From positions 4,488-68,487 of the forward strand of contig JAZRVP010000002.1 of assembly GCA_045599245.1 (NCBI GenBank): DNA of 64,000 nucleotides, given 5' to 3'. Positions 33,340-43,168 of this stretch are shown here, piece after piece. A program made the translations under genes and the position numbers. Below the pieces are notes generated by a model. The model made no database searches, had not been told where the DNA came from, and saw only the letters and a list, made by a program, of their open reading frames with translations. The stretch is from Myxococcota bacterium (GTDB taxonomy: Bacteria > Myxococcota_A > Bradymonadia > UBA4248). The stretch's first letter is position 1, and the number at the start of each line of letters is the position of its first letter.

Positions 33340-34683
33340 TCAGTTATCGGCGCGAACGAACCTGCCGGTTCCCGCTTCAGCCAGAACCTTTCCATCGCGA
33401 ACGATTTCCTCGCCGCGTCTGAAAACGCGTTCAACGATGCCGCGAGCGGTATGTCCATTGAAGGGAGAATAGCCCGCAAAAGACGTCATTTTGGTTTCAT
33501 CGACGACGAATTCCTCATCGCGAACGACGATGATATCGGCATCTAAACCGGGCGCAATGGCGCCTTTGTGCGGCCAGAGGCCATAAATCTGAGCGGGATT
33601 TCTGGCCAGGAGGCACGAGACCTGTTCCCAGGTGATATCGGGAAGGGAAGCGAGCATGGGCAGAAGCGTGAGGAACCCGGGAAGGCCGCCGGGGGTGGAA
33701 GTCGGGGCACTGATTTTCTGATCGCGGGTGTAGGAGCAGTGATCGGTGATGACCATATCGATGTCATCGGCATAAATGGCCTCGGCCAGACCGTCATTAG
33801 CGAGTTCGTCACGAAGAGGCGGCTGAAGAATGTAGCGCCAGGGTTCGGGGGAATCGGTGTTGTCGGAGGCGTTGAGGAAGAGGTACTGCGGAGCGGTTTC
33901 GTTAAAGACGGCGATGCCTTCCGCGCGAGCCTGTGAGACGACATCGGCGGTCTGTTCGGAGGAATTGTGAGCGATGACGACGCGGGCGCCGGTATAATCG
34001 GCGAGTCTGATGACTCGTTCAGCGGCCTCAACTTCGGCAATAGCGGGACGAAGAGAGGGATAATTCCGCCACAGGGAATCGGTGCCGTATTTGGCGGTCT
34101 CGTGGGAAACGATGGCGTCATTTTCGCAGTGAATGAGGACGGTAAGGCTGGCTTGTGCGGCGCATTCGAGGATTTTGACGAGGGCGTGGTCGTCGAGATA
34201 GTAGTTTGGGCGGTAAGTTGTATAGAGTTTAAGAGAGGAGATACCCCATTCGCGGCATTTTCTGACGCCGTCGAGGCTTTGCGGAGTGTCATCGAGGACG
34301 GTCATGTGGAAGGTGTAGTCGATGATAGAAGATTTAGCCTGATCGAGTCTGAAATCGAGGGCATGACGCAGGTCTTCCCCTGGCTGAGGGCCGACGAAAT
34401 CAATGACGGTCGTAATGCCGCCGCGAGCGGCCTCGGCAGAGCCGGAATTCCAGTCGTCGGGTGTAGCGAAGATGCCGGTATCGAGCTGAATATGGCAATG
34501 GGCGTCGATGAGTCCCGGCAAGACGAGCCGGTCTGAGCAGTCAATGACGCGGTCATCGGAGGAAAGGCCGAAAGCGCGGGCGTCGCCGAGCGCGAGGATG
34601 CGTCCATTTTCGACGAGGACGTCGGTTTTCTGACGCAAACCGGCGGAAATCACAGTACCGTTAACGAAACAGATTTTCATCAT
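33340..34683 (-). CDS. cyclic amidohydrolase (dihydropyrimidinase/hydantoinase/allantoinase-like)
   Basis: PGLIDAHCHIQ metal-binding HxH, internal SLKLY (carboxylated-Lys region), VLIHCEND, and a C-terminal ...DHCSYT... consistent with the D-hydantoinase family. Confidence 0.8.
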   Translation of the reverse strand: MMKICFVNGTVISAGLRQKTDVLVENGRILALGDARAFGLSSDDRVIDCSDRLVLPGLIDAHCHIQLDTGIFATPDDWNSGSAEAARGGITTVIDFVGPQPGEDLRHALDFRLDQAKSSIIDYTFHMTVLDDTPQSLDGVRKCREWGISSLKLYTTYRPNYYLDDHALVKILECAAQASLTVLIHCENDAIVSHETAKYGTDSLWRNYPSLRPAIAEVEAAERVIRLADYTGARVVIAHNSSEQTADVVSQARAEGIAVFNETAPQYLFLNASDNTDSPEPWRYILQPPLRDELANDGLAEAIYADDIDMVITDHCSYTRDQKISAPTSTPGGLPGFLTLLPMLASLPDITWEQVSCLLARNPAQIYGLWPHKGAIAPGLDADIIVVRDEEFVVDETKMTSFAGYSPFNGHTARGIVERVFRRGEEIVRDGKVLAEAGTGRFVRADN

Positions 34684-34951
34684 TGAGCCTTTAAAAGAGA
34701 GAGGGAAAAGGGAGGAAATGCCAGAGAGCGGGTGGGGCGTCTATGTCCTTCGGGCATACGACGACTGTTCCTCGGCTATTTCCCGGTGGTCAATACGCCT
34801 CGGAAAGGGTATGATGATAGCGTATCTTGAGAGCAAAAAAAGCACAATATGTGCAAAAGTGGCGTCTGAGACGGCTTGCGTATAAACCAAAGACAGAGTA
34901 AAGTAAGACGGTTTATGGTCTGCGCAAAGCGCATATTAAGGAAGGAACAAT

Positions 34952-37528
34952 ATGGGCGTATTGGCGAAACCCATCCCATTTGGCGATTATTTTTTATTGG
35001 AAAAGCTGAATACCGGCGGCATGGCCGAGGTATTTAAAGCAAAGACGTTTGGTGTCGAAGGCTTTGAACGCATCGTTGCTGTGAAGAAGATTTTGCCGTC
35101 AATCGCCGAGGACAAAGAGTTTATCTCGATGTTTATCGACGAGGCGAAGATAGCCGGGCAGCTGACGCATGCGAACATTGCGCAAATCTTTGATTTGGGC
35201 AACATTAACGACGAATACTATATTGCCCTGGAATATGTTGCAGGACATGACCTGCGTGTGATTTACGATCGATGTGTAAGGACCAACCGGAAGCTTGATA
35301 TCGGATGTGTTTGTTACATCATATCGAAGATCTGCGAGGGTTTGGATTATGCCCACAACAAGCGAGATGCGAACGGCGAATTGATGGGAATTATCCATCG
35401 AGACATCAGTCCGCAGAATATGCTCATCAGCTATGAAGGCGACTGCAAACTGATCGATTTCGGTATTGCAAAAGCGAGCAACAAATCGTCAGCGACGCAA
35501 GTCGGCATTCTGAAAGGCAAATTCAGCTACATGAGTCCGGAGCAGGTTTCTGGCAAGACGAACATCGATCGCCGAAGCGATATATTTGCATTAGGCATTG
35601 TCTTGTTTGAAATGCTGACACTCAAACGTCTGTTTTTGGGTGCGAGTGACTTTGAGACCCTGGAAAAGATCCGCAAAGTCGAGTTGAGTCCACCGACCCT
35701 GTACAATTCGGATATTCCGGAGGAGCTTGAAGACATCGTGATGAAGGCCCTGGAAAAGGATGTAACGCAGCGTTATCAGACGTGTGCGGAACTCCAGCAG
35801 GCACTCCAAAAATTCATGTTCACGCATAATATTTATTATACGGCAAAAGAATTGAGCGAGTTTATGCGCTCAATGTTTGCCCAGGAAATAGCGCTTGAAC
35901 AGAAGAAGATGGAGTTCTATCGGGAACTGACCCGTGATGTCCTGATTCAGTCAAAACAGCCGAGTGCGAATCTCGAAGATGAAACGTCGTTCTATGATCG
36001 GCAGAATGTGCCGAAAATGAGCGGAGTCCAATACGAGGCAGCAGTAGTCCAGACGGCGCAGCCTGCGCCGAAACAGGCTATTTATGCAGAGCTGGACGAC
36101 TTCCAGCCGCCTAATGAAGGGATCGTGTACTCGCCGAAACAGGCCGTAAACAGCCCGAATGTCATCGACAGTGTCAATGTCAATGACATCGTATCAGCGT
36201 CGGTCAATTCAGGCAAAGCACACCCCAGTGCGCGCAAGTCAATGGCTTCAATGGATGCGGTTGTTGTCAACAAAAATCGCGAAACCATTATGACAACTCC
36301 GGTTGAGAAAAAACAGAACGGAGAAAAGCGAGGTGCCTTTATCGCCATCGCCATCGTTCTCTTTATCGTTATTCTCATCCTGATCGGTCTGATTTCAGGT
36401 AAAGGCAGTCTGTTTGATAAACATGACGGCAAAGTCCGTTTCGACATCTATCCCGAAAACGTCAAAGTTAGCGTCGAAATCAATCACGAAAAGACGGGAG
36501 ACAATCTCACCAAATCATTCAATATCAGCGATCTTTCGACGAATACAGAAACGGCATATCGCATTTCAGCCCCGAATTATAAAGATTTTGAGGGCACGAT
36601 TATGGCGACAGGCGAAGGAGCCCTGGTCGAGATCAATCTGGAATCACTGATTGTTCCCAAAGCAAAGGTGTTTGTCGACGTCGATGGTGCCGATGTCTAT
36701 ATCGACGATGCGCATCAAGTGGGAGACAATCGCCAGTTTGAAAGTGAAGAGCTCTCGATTGGTGATCACGTCCTTCGCGTTGTGAAAGAAGGTTACAAAC
36801 CGGAAAAACGAACGATCAAAGTCGAAACAGGACGCGAAATCGAACCGATACACGTCAAACTTCGTCCTGCCATTGCCACCCTGGTCATCAAGACGGAACC
36901 GTACAATGCCTCCTATATTCTCAAGAATCTGAGAACCGGAGACATCGTGTCCAAAGACAACACGAAAGCGGGGGTTGCGCGAATCAGCAATTTGCCGGTA
37001 GATACCGATTATCAAATTGTAATTTACGATGGCAAAGAAGAGCGTATTGAATCATGGAAACCGCGTCCCGGTGCGTTGCCGACGGAAGATCAGGTTAGAA
37101 CGTTTACGATCAAGACGGATCCGGATGCCGTTGCGGTTGCCGCAGCACCGGCCCCGGTTCAGCAACCGGTAGCCGCGCCAGCACCTGCCCCGGAAAAAGA
37201 AACGAAAACCGCGAGTGCCGGAAGCAGCAAATCGACAACGCCCAAACCTAAGAAAACGGAATCGGAGAAGAAAGCCCCTGCACCAGCTGCGCCAGTGGCG
37301 AAGCCAACGCCAGTTGTTTCATCCGATGCCCCCGGTGTCCTCCAAATCGCAGGCAAACCGCCTTGCACGGTTACGATCAAGGGTAAATCATACGGTTCGA
37401 CCCCCATCAAGTATCTTGAAGTGGCGGCGGGTACGTACACAATCAAGTGCGCCAGTGCAGACAGTTCGGATGAAAAAACGGTCACTGTCGGCAGTGGTGA
37501 AACCAAAAAAGTCATGTTTACGCGTTAA
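34952..37528 (+). CDS. Ser/Thr protein kinase with transmembrane segment and extracellular PEGA domains
   Basis: Hanks kinase motifs GGMAEV...VAVKK, HRDISPQN, DFG, SPE. TM helix AFIAIAIVLFIVILILIGLIS. PEGA-like segments ...GADVYIDDAHQVGDN...GDHVLRVVKEGYKPEKRTIKV and ...CTVTIKGKSYGSTPIKYLEVAAGTYTIKCA. Confidence 0.85.
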   Translation: MGVLAKPIPFGDYFLLEKLNTGGMAEVFKAKTFGVEGFERIVAVKKILPSIAEDKEFISMFIDEAKIAGQLTHANIAQIFDLGNINDEYYIALEYVAGHDLRVIYDRCVRTNRKLDIGCVCYIISKICEGLDYAHNKRDANGELMGIIHRDISPQNMLISYEGDCKLIDFGIAKASNKSSATQVGILKGKFSYMSPEQVSGKTNIDRRSDIFALGIVLFEMLTLKRLFLGASDFETLEKIRKVELSPPTLYNSDIPEELEDIVMKALEKDVTQRYQTCAELQQALQKFMFTHNIYYTAKELSEFMRSMFAQEIALEQKKMEFYRELTRDVLIQSKQPSANLEDETSFYDRQNVPKMSGVQYEAAVVQTAQPAPKQAIYAELDDFQPPNEGIVYSPKQAVNSPNVIDSVNVNDIVSASVNSGKAHPSARKSMASMDAVVVNKNRETIMTTPVEKKQNGEKRGAFIAIAIVLFIVILILIGLISGKGSLFDKHDGKVRFDIYPENVKVSVEINHEKTGDNLTKSFNISDLSTNTETAYRISAPNYKDFEGTIMATGEGALVEINLESLIVPKAKVFVDVDGADVYIDDAHQVGDNRQFESEELSIGDHVLRVVKEGYKPEKRTIKVETGREIEPIHVKLRPAIATLVIKTEPYNASYILKNLRTGDIVSKDNTKAGVARISNLPVDTDYQIVIYDGKEERIESWKPRPGALPTEDQVRTFTIKTDPDAVAVAAAPAPVQQPVAAPAPAPEKETKTASAGSSKSTTPKPKKTESEKKAPAPAAPVAKPTPVVSSDAPGVLQIAGKPPCTVTIKGKSYGSTPIKYLEVAAGTYTIKCASADSSDEKTVTVGSGETKKVMFTR

Positions 37529-37568
37529 AGCCATCGGGTCGATTTCGCCCATGGCTTTTGTCAGGCAT

Positions 37569-37597
37569 AAAAAAGCTCCCAAATGGGAGCTTTTTTT
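37569..37597. terminator. bidirectional Rho-independent terminator (A6-hairpin-T7); an additional hairpin at 37529..37556
   Basis: aaaaaagctccca-aat-gggagcttttttt, lying between the kinase gene (+) and the Cys-rich pseudogene (-). Confidence 0.75.
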
Positions 37598-37615
37598 ATA
37601 AGCAAGCAAATCACG

Positions 37616-38334
37616 TTACATCATGCGAAGACATGCATCCTGTTCATCCACACCATTGCCTTCAATGCAAATGAACTCACAAGGTACTTCGCTGAATTGT
37701 TCGTTTTCGTCACAAACGAGAAGAATATTCTCGGTCAAACATTTTGCTTCACCCCAAAAGCATTTTTTAGTGATGCATTGATTTCCTTTTGAATTGAATT
37801 TGTATTCACTGGTACAAGTGATTTTGCACGTCCCATCAGCGAGACATTTTCCGGAAGCCACGCCTTCGCCTTGTGTACAATCGATTTCCAGTTCACCGCA
37901 TTTGTAATCACAACGGGAAGGCAAGTATTATTCGAAGAGAGGGCATATCCATCCTCACAGGTTGCGATTTTACAGGTTCCATCGGACTGGCAAGAAGCTG
38001 ATTGAACACAATCACCGGCCATGCAATCGATGCAGCTGTCACCGCAGCAATGTGCTGTCCCCATTTTAATGCATTCAAAACTGCCATTGACTTCACGAAC
38101 GAAATCGAGTGACTCCGGACAATAGCCATTTTTCAGGGATTTTTCGGCGTTTTTGGTATCGTATTCACATTTTGAACTGTCAGGATTTCGAAGACAGGAT
38201 TCAAAAACAGCCGTGCATGTCCCCGATTTTCCTTCCGGAGGACAAGGAAGTCCATTCTAGGAATCATCCCCACTGCAACCGGAAAATGCCATAAATAACG
38301 CGAGCCCCCCGAAACATTTGAATACAGTTTTCAT
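37616..38334 (-). pseudogene. Cys-rich lipoprotein gene disrupted by an in-frame TAG and a frameshift
   Basis: Minus-strand ATG at 38334 gives MKTVFKCFGGLALFMAFSGCSGDDS and then TAG (plus coordinates 38257-38259). The same frame continues Cys-rich to 37735. Near 37925-37935 the Cys-rich reading shifts frame (..SSNNTCLP / (L)PSRCDYKCGELEID..) and continues to 37616. Three track ORFs (37616..37924, 37735..38064, 37908..38129) are fragments of this gene. Confidence 0.5.
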
Positions 38335-38343
38335 ATCAACCTC

Positions 38344-38380
38344 AAACAAAAAAGTCCCAGGACACAATGGCCAGGGACTT
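38344..38380 (-). terminator. Rho-independent terminator of the 38413..41847 gene
   Basis: On the minus strand: agtccctgg-ccattgtgt-cctgggact followed by T6. Confidence 0.65.
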
Positions 38381-38412
38381 TAATAGACTGAGAAACAATA
38401 CCTACAACATCG

Positions 38413-41400
38413 TTATTTGCAATAAGAAAACGTCACGCCGCCCGACGTTTCGGTGACGCAAGCGTTGTTGCATCCCATGGAATGAGCGGCGGCATCTGTT
38501 GTATTGTTGTTTTGCCAATAAAGGACGTGGAGCGTATTGCCGTCACACGTGCCAAGTGTAGAGACAGGCTTTGTTGTAGAGTCAGAGAATATGAAGTTGC
38601 CAGCAGATTTGTTGCAAACGGCACGTGCAACACCATTGGAATTGACGACAGCGCAAGTACCGCCGGCCGTGGCGCAATCCATTTCGGCATAGACATTTCC
38701 GCCTTCACCGGAGTTATAAGTGGGATCGTAGAAGCAGTTCTGGGCTTTAGTTCCACTGCAGGTAGCAGAAACAGCCGCGCAGGAAGCGAAGCCGCAAGAC
38801 CCGTTTGTACAAGTTCCACCGCCGTTAAGACCGCAGTTCATATAATCGAAAACGATATGATTATTGTGACCAGCCGTTTTATCGACTCGACAGGAAATGG
38901 AGTTACCATTTTCACAGATACCGGACTGTCTCAAAACACCGTATTTTTCGACACCTTTATAATCGGTGCCTAATTCACATTTACCAATGTATTGAATGCC
39001 GTCCCATGTCGAACACCAGGTAACATTATTCGCAACATCCGTCGCGTTGCAAATGCTGTAGAAATTGGTTTCACCTTTAATGGTTCCACAGAAGTATTTG
39101 CTTGGATCGTTATAATAAACGAATTCAATGGTTTTGGTGTCTCTATCGCAGGATTCGAGATAAATTCTGCCGTTGTCTTCGTGGCAAACATTCTTGAACG
39201 TAGCGGGAACACAGGCCTTTCCGGCTCTGGATTCACAACGTCCATCCACGCAAGTGGATTGATAATCGCAAGCCATGGATTTTTTGGAGCCATCGCCGCT
39301 GTAATCGCAATAGATTAAATTACCATTCTCATCACAAGAAGGTTTAAAATCCTTGCCGCATTTATCGACGCAACCCTCGCCTTCGACGCATTTTTCGGTT
39401 GTTGATGGGCAGGTCACATCTTTATATTTTTTCGTTGTCGGATCGCAAATGTGAGCCGTGATGTTACTGCCACTGCACGTCGGGGTAGTTGTAACAGGAT
39501 CGCATTCTGCACAAATACCGTCGAGGCAAAGGCTTGGACACGAATCGACTTTTGCGACCTGGCCGTTCTGACAATAGATGCTGGTCTTTCCATCCTGACA
39601 TTTCTGACCATTGAGAAGGCCATCACACCGTTTGTCGACACAATTTCCTTCGTAGCAAACCTCAGTATCGGTGCATTTATTTTCCTTTTTGAGACCGGGA
39701 ACTGCACAAACCTGAACGGCAGAACGATCAGCAGAGCAGACTGCGGGTTGAGAAGGATCGCATTCGGGAACGAAGACGCATTTATTTTCTTTGCATTCGT
39801 AGTGTTCAAGCGCGCAATCAGCATTTGTCGAGCAAGTGGTTGAACAAGCATTGCCCTCGCAATGATAGCCGGTCGGACAATCCGTTTTTTCGATTTCATT
39901 CTTGTCATTGCAAGAGAAAAGCGCGTTATCTGTACAGTTCAAAGTATATTTTGCGGGATCGCAGGCGACGCATTGTCCATCGAGGCAGACGGCTTTATCA
40001 CCCGAGCAAGCTTCCTGTGCAGAGATATGCCCATCGACACAGGTGAGAGGTTTATTGTCACTATTGCAGCCTGGGACAAATGAATCGGGATTGCATTCGG
40101 CGCAAACGCCGTTGAAACATACCGGGAGATCGCCGGAGCATTCACTGACAGCAACTTTATAATTCTCACCGTCGAGTTTGCACTCAAGAATTTTGCCCTC
40201 GGTCGTACATTTGGGCGAGAAAGTATCGGGCTGACAAGGATCACCCTCTTTTGCGTCATCGACACAATCACCGGCGACACAATGCTGATTGGCATCACAG
40301 GCTTTTTTCTCGACTGTACTGCCTTCACAAACGAGCTTGTTGAAATCACCGCTGCATGAGGCAACAAAAGAAGCGGGATCACATTTCTCGGCAATGCATT
40401 GTCCAGCCTGACAAATCTGGGCACCGCAATCAAATTTAGTCACGACGCCGTCTTGAGAGCAAATATACGAGCTGTTGCCATCAATGCATTGAGGAACAAA
40501 GGATGCCGGGTCACAAGCATCACCTTCGTTGATATTGTCATAACAAATGCCATCCGTACAATGCTGATTTGCCGCGCAATCATACTTGGCGAGATAACCA
40601 AATTCACATTTAACGACAGCCGCGCCATCACAAGAAGCCGAACCGGCAGTTGACATGTTACATGTCGTAGCAGTCGAAGCATCAACACATGCACCGGCAA
40701 CACAAACCTCTGAATCGACTTTGCAATATTTGGAGTGCCATGTATCGTCTTTACAAATGCGAACAACATTTGCAGAAACGCAATAATCACCGCCGCTTGT
40801 GCAGGCTTCGCCAGGTTTCTGGCAGATACCGCCCTCACAAATCTCCCCCGTATCACAGCTGGATGGTGTCTTTACGCCTGTCGGGCCGCAAATTGTTACG
40901 GTACTTTCTTCCTGACAAACCGGAGTGAATTTATCGACATCACAGGAACCGCTGACTGTGCACGTTCCATTGATACATTCCGTTCCCTCGACGCAATCAA
41001 TACGTTCAACGACGCCAATATCACTGCATCTCTCGAGCTGACCATCGACGCATCTGGGTTTAAAATCCGCCTGAGAGCAAACGTCTGTTACGCAGGCTTT
41101 GTCTTTGCAGACATTACTGTTGCAAATTTTCGTTCGGATTTTCCCATTTTCACAATAAAATTGAGAAGTTCCATCGAGTGTACATTCCATGAACCCTTCA
41201 TCGCATTCGTCGGAGCAGGCGCCGTTTCTACATACCTGTTCGCCATCGCAATACATGGGGGTTTCATATCCATCGATGCACTGAATAATCGTTCCATTGA
41301 TACCGCATACCGGTGAATAGGATGCATCACACGGTTTAGCGGCGCCACAAACGCCGTTGAAACAAACCTCGCCATCGGCACAAGGATGACTGACGACATA

Positions 41401-41847
41401 TCCGCCCATACAGTGAAGCATTGTATGGGGATCGCGGCACTGTTCTTTATAGGTATTGTCACAAGTCGTCATACTTTCATCGCGGCAGTATCCCTGATGA
41501 CAGACATTGCCTTTTTCACAAGGCTCACTCACTGTCATACCGAGAGCATTGCAAATAAAGTGTGCATTATCGCCATCACAAGTCATGACATGAGTTGACG
41601 GCGTACATTTTGCGGAGCATTCACCGAGGTAACAAGTTGTTCCGGGCAAACAAGCCGTGGGTTCATAAAAGCCATTTTTACAAACGAGGACATCGCCGGT
41701 TTGGCTGCAAGTTTTTTCGCCGTCAACCGTACATGTCTGCCGTCCGGCCAGACCGGCGATACCGTCATCAGAGCAACCATAACCTGCCGCGAGAGCCATT
41801 GCAGCGAGAACGACAAATACATTTTTACGATTCATATTTAACCTCAC
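38413..41847 (-). CDS. very large Cys-rich surface lipoprotein (high Cys content; different repeat type from the CGDG proteins)
   Basis: Signal/lipobox MNRKNVFVVLAAMALAAGYGC (the alternative ATG at 41835 is the more likely start). Cys is spaced every ~6-10 residues over >1000 aa in EGF-like C..G.C..G.C patterns. No homologous known domain recognised. Confidence 0.8.
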   Translation of the reverse strand: MRLNMNRKNVFVVLAAMALAAGYGCSDDGIAGLAGRQTCTVDGEKTCSQTGDVLVCKNGFYEPTACLPGTTCYLGECSAKCTPSTHVMTCDGDNAHFICNALGMTVSEPCEKGNVCHQGYCRDESMTTCDNTYKEQCRDPHTMLHCMGGYVVSHPCADGEVCFNGVCGAAKPCDASYSPVCGINGTIIQCIDGYETPMYCDGEQVCRNGACSDECDEGFMECTLDGTSQFYCENGKIRTKICNSNVCKDKACVTDVCSQADFKPRCVDGQLERCSDIGVVERIDCVEGTECINGTCTVSGSCDVDKFTPVCQEESTVTICGPTGVKTPSSCDTGEICEGGICQKPGEACTSGGDYCVSANVVRICKDDTWHSKYCKVDSEVCVAGACVDASTATTCNMSTAGSASCDGAAVVKCEFGYLAKYDCAANQHCTDGICYDNINEGDACDPASFVPQCIDGNSSYICSQDGVVTKFDCGAQICQAGQCIAEKCDPASFVASCSGDFNKLVCEGSTVEKKACDANQHCVAGDCVDDAKEGDPCQPDTFSPKCTTEGKILECKLDGENYKVAVSECSGDLPVCFNGVCAECNPDSFVPGCNSDNKPLTCVDGHISAQEACSGDKAVCLDGQCVACDPAKYTLNCTDNALFSCNDKNEIEKTDCPTGYHCEGNACSTTCSTNADCALEHYECKENKCVFVPECDPSQPAVCSADRSAVQVCAVPGLKKENKCTDTEVCYEGNCVDKRCDGLLNGQKCQDGKTSIYCQNGQVAKVDSCPSLCLDGICAECDPVTTTPTCSGSNITAHICDPTTKKYKDVTCPSTTEKCVEGEGCVDKCGKDFKPSCDENGNLIYCDYSGDGSKKSMACDYQSTCVDGRCESRAGKACVPATFKNVCHEDNGRIYLESCDRDTKTIEFVYYNDPSKYFCGTIKGETNFYSICNATDVANNVTWCSTWDGIQYIGKCELGTDYKGVEKYGVLRQSGICENGNSISCRVDKTAGHNNHIVFDYMNCGLNGGGTCTNGSCGFASCAAVSATCSGTKAQNCFYDPTYNSGEGGNVYAEMDCATAGGTCAVVNSNGVARAVCNKSAGNFIFSDSTTKPVSTLGTCDGNTLHVLYWQNNNTTDAAAHSMGCNNACVTETSGGVTFSYCK

Positions 41848-41932
41848 AGGGATAGAAGAAAATCACACCCGATAAAAACACACAAAGCCGTCTCATAGCG
41901 AGACGGCTAAGAAAATTCAATGAGTACCCCAA

Positions 41933-42958
41933 TTATTTGGCAGAAACATCGGCATTTTCAGCCTTTTTTGGAGCTGCTTTAGGTGCTGCTTTTTTAACCG
42001 AAGCTTTCGGAGCGACGGCAGATGTATCGAGGCCGGCGGCCAAAGCCATCAACGTCGTCATCTGTTCGTCTGTAAACGATACCGTTGCTTTGATATTCTT
42101 TTTATCACCAGCAATTTTGACGGCATCTTTGACAAAACCAAGACCGATTTCATTGAGTGAAGGATCCGAGAGAATGCCATTAATCTGAGCATTGAGAATG
42201 GCAGCGCCGGAAGTCGCAACGGCATCACTGGCGACCTTGGCATCGGCAACGACATTGAGCCCTTTGGCAAAGCTGATGGAAACGGAGCCTGAATCGATAT
42301 CACTGACAGCGATAGAGGCATCCCCCTCTTTAAGGCTGTAAGATTTGGATTTTTCTTTGAGGTAACTGGTCATTTTAGCACCGATGCGGATATCGGCGGA
42401 CTTTGATGCAGCCTGATAGGCATCGTAAATGACCTTGTCACGGTCTTTGAGTGTTTTCGGCTTTTCAGCTTTTGCGTTATCGATAATCGGCTTGATATCG
42501 AGTTTATTTTCGCAAACAACGAGGCGTTTGTCGTTCAAAAGCACCATCGAATTGTTGGCATCGGAAAAAATCATGAGCTCGTTGTAAGCAGCTTGTGTTG
42601 ACTGCATTTTTTTGGCGGAAGCTTCAACGGCAGCGAGAAGAGAAACCTTGGCATCCACAGCCGCACATGCGCGGCCTTTTTCCGTCAATGCGATGGTGAT
42701 CGTATCGATATCTTTTTTGTAATCAATGCCGGAGGCTTTGAGTTCATCGAGAACAGCCTGGACACCGCTGTTTGATGCAATTCCCTGATTTACGGCATCC
42801 GACACCATTTTATTGGCAACAAGTTTATCAAAATCAATGCTGCCGACGCCTGCAAAATCGCCGACAAAAAGATCAATTGCATCCAAATCTTTGGCCATTG
42901 CCGTCGTACAAAAACCAAGAGAAAGGGCCGTAAAAGCAGCTACTAATGCGTTTTTCAT
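41933..42958 (-). CDS. secreted hypothetical protein with Ala/Lys-rich C-terminal tail
   Basis: Signal peptide MKNALVAAFTALSLGFCTTAMA. The C-terminus is KKAAPKAAPKKAENADVSAK. A hairpin at 41891..41912 lies downstream. Confidence 0.7.
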   Translation of the reverse strand: MKNALVAAFTALSLGFCTTAMAKDLDAIDLFVGDFAGVGSIDFDKLVANKMVSDAVNQGIASNSGVQAVLDELKASGIDYKKDIDTITIALTEKGRACAAVDAKVSLLAAVEASAKKMQSTQAAYNELMIFSDANNSMVLLNDKRLVVCENKLDIKPIIDNAKAEKPKTLKDRDKVIYDAYQAASKSADIRIGAKMTSYLKEKSKSYSLKEGDASIAVSDIDSGSVSISFAKGLNVVADAKVASDAVATSGAAILNAQINGILSDPSLNEIGLGFVKDAVKIAGDKKNIKATVSFTDEQMTTLMALAAGLDTSAVAPKASVKKAAPKAAPKKAENADVSAK

Positions 42959-43104
42959 TTTTATTCTCCTTCACAGATGCGGTCTTAAATTAAAAGAGTT
43001 GGCAATGGAGCCGGATTTTAGATACAGCAATTCTAATGCCAAACCCTGTTTTATGGCATATTTTGTCTTTTTCGTAAAGAGAACATGGCAAAAGCATAAA
43101 AAAA

Positions 43105-43166
43105 GCGCGGCGTATGTCAATAGCCGCGCTCGCGAAGCGTATTCGCCTTTGGCGAATAGCGAAGCC
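43105..43166. repeat. two hairpins between co-directional genes (family member R8)
   Basis: gcgcggc-gtatgtcaata-gccgcgc and gcgtattcgcc-ttt-ggcgaatagcg. Confidence 0.6.
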
Positions 43167-43168
43167 CA

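Noticed and set aside
33543-34292. 249-aa minus-strand ORF
   Set aside because: It is an alternate frame of the same strand as the amidohydrolase gene (33340..34683). The translation is Pro/Ser/Thr-rich and low-complexity.
38257-38259. In-frame TAG in the Cys-rich lipoprotein gene read as recoding (suppression/pyrrolysine)
   Set aside because: There is no supporting context (no pyl genes, no other TAG-interrupted genes in the window). The gene also has a frameshift, so a pseudogene is the simpler reading.
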